Assembly: GCF_902459465.1 (NCBI RefSeq)
Contig: NC_047082.1
Coordinates: forward strand, 12,028,001-12,092,000
Direction of reading: 5' to 3'
Source: Asterias rubens
Lineage: Eukaryota
Length of the DNA: 64,000 bases
The notes below the pieces were generated by a model that searched no databases, was not told the origin of the DNA, and was given only the letters and a program-made list of their open reading frames with translations. Both the position numbers and the translations under genes were made by a program. Below are positions 61,054 through 64,000 of the stretch, piece by piece (positions within the stretch are counted from its first letter, which is position 1; each line of letters opens with the position of its first letter).

Positions 61054-61429
61054 GCGTACATGTACACCCCTGAATCCCCTGATGTTACCTTACCCCAAGA
61101 CGAAGAGGTGCCATTTATTGACACAACCTGTTCTCGATCTCTCATGAACGCACTTATCCTGATCCAGTTTGCCGTGTCCCCTCTGTACCGTAGAATTGGA
61201 GCTTCAGCTTGGCTGACAGGCGATGGTGAAGCACATGCTAAAGCCTACCTAGGATTAGGAATATCACATCAGTTTGAGCCCCAAAAATAACTCTTATGTA
61301 CCAATAAATGCCAATTAAATGCACACATAAAACCCACAAAGTATCAGCACCGGTACATCACATCTTTAAACGAAATATTGAGTAGCTAAACTGATTCTAA
61401 AGTTTCCTAATTGCATAATAATTACTTAC

Positions 61430-61490
61430 TATTTCATGAAGAAAACAACCCCATCACGTTGGCGTGACGCCATTTTTGTTGTAGTAACAT
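61430..61490 (-). promoter_or_regulatory. Candidate OSER1 non-coding first exon and promoter (5' boundary approximate)
   Basis: Minus-strand donor gtaagt at 61424-61429; sense-strand YY1-like AAAATGGCG at 61468-61476; locally CpG-rich; TGACGTCA and a CCAAT upstream near 61953-61980. The OSER1 ATG exon has an acceptor at 57524 that needs an upstream exon. Confidence 0.45.
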
Positions 61491-61680
61491 CAGTACGCAG
61501 GCGCAAACTGACGTAATTTTGTTGACTCATGATGTGTGTGGGTTCCTTACAACCACGCTTGACAACACGCACAATATTGAAGTTATTGATAGGGTCAACA
61601 GACTAAACAATTATAATAGATACAGGTTTGCTTGCGGTGATTATCATTACTGTATTATTTTAAAATTACATCACTCATTA

Positions 61681-61876
61681 AATTTATGTGGCTGGTTGTT
61701 TAGAGATGTTTTGTATTAAGTTCCCCCCATGGAATTAATTTTGTATGATACAGCCAAATAATGACAAAATAAGTGGAATGTAATTTATGTGGCTGGTTGT
61801 TTAGAGGTGTTTTGTATTAGGTCCCCCCCATTAAACTAATATTTTATGATACAGCCAAATAATGACAAAATAAGTG
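61681..61876. repeat. Tandem duplication, ~101-bp unit x2
   Basis: aatttatgtggctggttgtttagag at 61681 and 61782. Confidence 0.85.
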
Positions 61877-64000
61877 GGACATTATGCCACTATAAGCACG
61901 CAATGATGATGCACGCTAACCGCAGACACTATAGCAAGCTTCCGTAAACAATGTGACGTCATAGACGCTTGACCAATTAGAACGCAATATGCTAATGAGC
62001 GGACGCTTATTGCCAGCGGACAGTTTTTGTCATGACACCTGTATATATTTTTAAGACTCACAAACCAAAGTGAATTTCACATATTATGTATATTGTGTGA
62101 CAACAAAACGGACTATTGACTATAAATTGTCATAATAACTCAAGGATGCAGTAGGCTTTATGAGCCCCGCCGGCAAATTTATAATTTATATTCAGTGCCC
62201 ATTCTCCGTCTACGTCTCCTTTGGGGCGGAACACAATTGCGCAAGTAACTTGAATCAAACAGCTATTATAAAACCCATATCTTTTATTCATTTGTTTATT
62301 TATTTTTCTTCTCCATACATTTCTGTACTAAAACAAATTGAGGACTCGTCATAGATCGGCAAACAGTGCTTGGTGGGTTTCACAAAGAGTAAAAGGCAGT
62401 GGACACTATTGGTAATTGTCAAAGACTAGCCTTCACAGTTGGTGTATCTCAACATATGCATAAAATAACAAACCTGTGAAAATTTGAACTCAGTCGGTCA
62501 TCGAACTTGCGAGATAGTAATGAAAGAAAAAACATCCTTGTCACACGAAGTACGCGCTGCACGCAGCTTGCCTAAGCCAGAGAACTGCTTGGTTAATTTA
62601 TAAGCGTTAAGAAGACAATGTAAACACATTTTGGTAGCGTGCGCGCTAGCAGTTTGTAAGCGTGCGCGTAAAGCGCACGCGAACGCACAGTCCCATACGC
62701 ACAACCAAAATGTGTGAACACTTAATTTAGCTGAAGTTAAACTTACAATAATGGTGAATTAGCAAGACATTATAAATAAAGAGATAGCATTTAAGTTGTC
62801 TCAACAACTCTATAATTAATTCTAAAACGCAAGGCAGTTTTCGCCACACTATGATTAGAAATTTGACAGTTAAAAGCTTTTATAGGTAACGAACTGTTAA
62901 ATATTTTACAATTTTTTCAAGTTGGGCCTTTAACCATTAATTAGCCACTGGACCGCCCAGCCGCCTAGCGATACACTGTATGCGGTAGGAGGAAACCTCG
63001 CTAGCTTGTGTTTGTAGAAAAACAAAAATTTCAACAGAAAACTTGATAGTCATTAGTAGGTCTACGCATTTGTTAACCCATAATTTTATAGATCAATATT
63101 AATTCTCCCTTCATAATTTATTCTCCTTGTCGAAGCTACTGATGGTGAAATAATTTAGCTCTTCGCATTTGATCAATATGAGCATTGAGCAAGATAAAAA
63201 CCTTGAAAAGCTATTGTATCCATTTTATCCTTACCAACAAATATTCGCCATAAAAATTACCTTAGCCGTTTAACAAAAGGCATTTATTGTTTCCATAAGA
63301 ACTTGTACTTTTATAGAAATATTACCGAAAGGGTAAAAAATAGTGCATAAATATTAAGCCATGGCTATCTTTTAAAATTTGAACTACGATTCCAGTAATT
63401 TACTGCAAGAATCTTGAAAAAATGGTTTTCAGCAAACTCGGGAGGTGCAGGGACTAGAGGGATAAAGGGATATTTGGGTGGCTATAATTCATCCTCCATT
63501 TCGGATTTTTGTACATTTTTAGTGATACTTTGAACATGGAATAGCAGGTGCAGATGCAGGAAATTAATTGTGGAAGGGGTAGGGGTCAGGCCCAAAAGTT
63601 TTTTGTTTTTGATTCACCAAAATTCATAAGTGCAAGACTTGTTGACTCTCCTATATTTTGAGTCACCTCAATACATATCACACCCCTGCAGAATGTAATC
63701 TTTTGTAATTTCAGTGACGCCTACTTAATAATTATTTATTTTTCCTTGTGTGTGTGTGTGTGTGGGGGGGGGGGGGGGTGGTGGGTCAGAGCAAGTGGGA
63801 TTGAGTGCCCCCCCCCCCCGCCCATGGATCTGTACCTATTGTGTGATGTGATATCCCATAATTATTGGTTAATGAACATAATACTTGTCAATGAACATAA
63901 GTGCTGAGAATGTTTGTTTACTAAAAACCAGTTCAAGCGAGATAATTGCATATTACGATGTTATTAATGTTTTAATAACAGTTGGTTGCCAACTTCAGGT

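Overview
AT-rich animal genomic DNA with GT-AG spliceosomal introns. The gene set and repeat types suggest an invertebrate deuterostome, probably an echinoderm such as a sea star (inference). I reconstructed six protein-coding genes by hand from splice sites, reading phase and remembered vertebrate protein motifs. In window order they are: a NIPAL2/3-like Mg2+ transporter (- strand, 3' end not found in the window), ERICH1-like (-), EOLA1/CXorf40-like ASCH-domain protein (+, head-to-head with ERICH1), NFYC (-), LAPTM4-like (-) and OSER1 (-). Introns and spacers are dense with non-autonomous DNA transposons. These include several TTAA-flanked AG...CT families (Kolobok-like) that are stacked and nested, plus elements with 6-, 8- and 9-bp TSDs and foldback elements. 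There are also tRNA-derived SINEs and two dead LINE fragments. The most notable observations are: a dense CCAAT-box cluster at the NF-YC gene's own 5' end; a very compact ERICH1/EOLA1 divergent promoter; a PY-NLS-like N-terminal extension on EOLA1; a partial exon duplication in ERICH1; a minisatellite grown from a MITE hairpin; a tandem tRNA-like unit; and linkage of genes whose human homologues lie in the 1p35/2p24/8q22/20q13 paralogon. I found no CRISPR array, rRNA or intact tRNA, and no strong evidence for a wholly new biological system. All homology calls are from memory; no database search was run.
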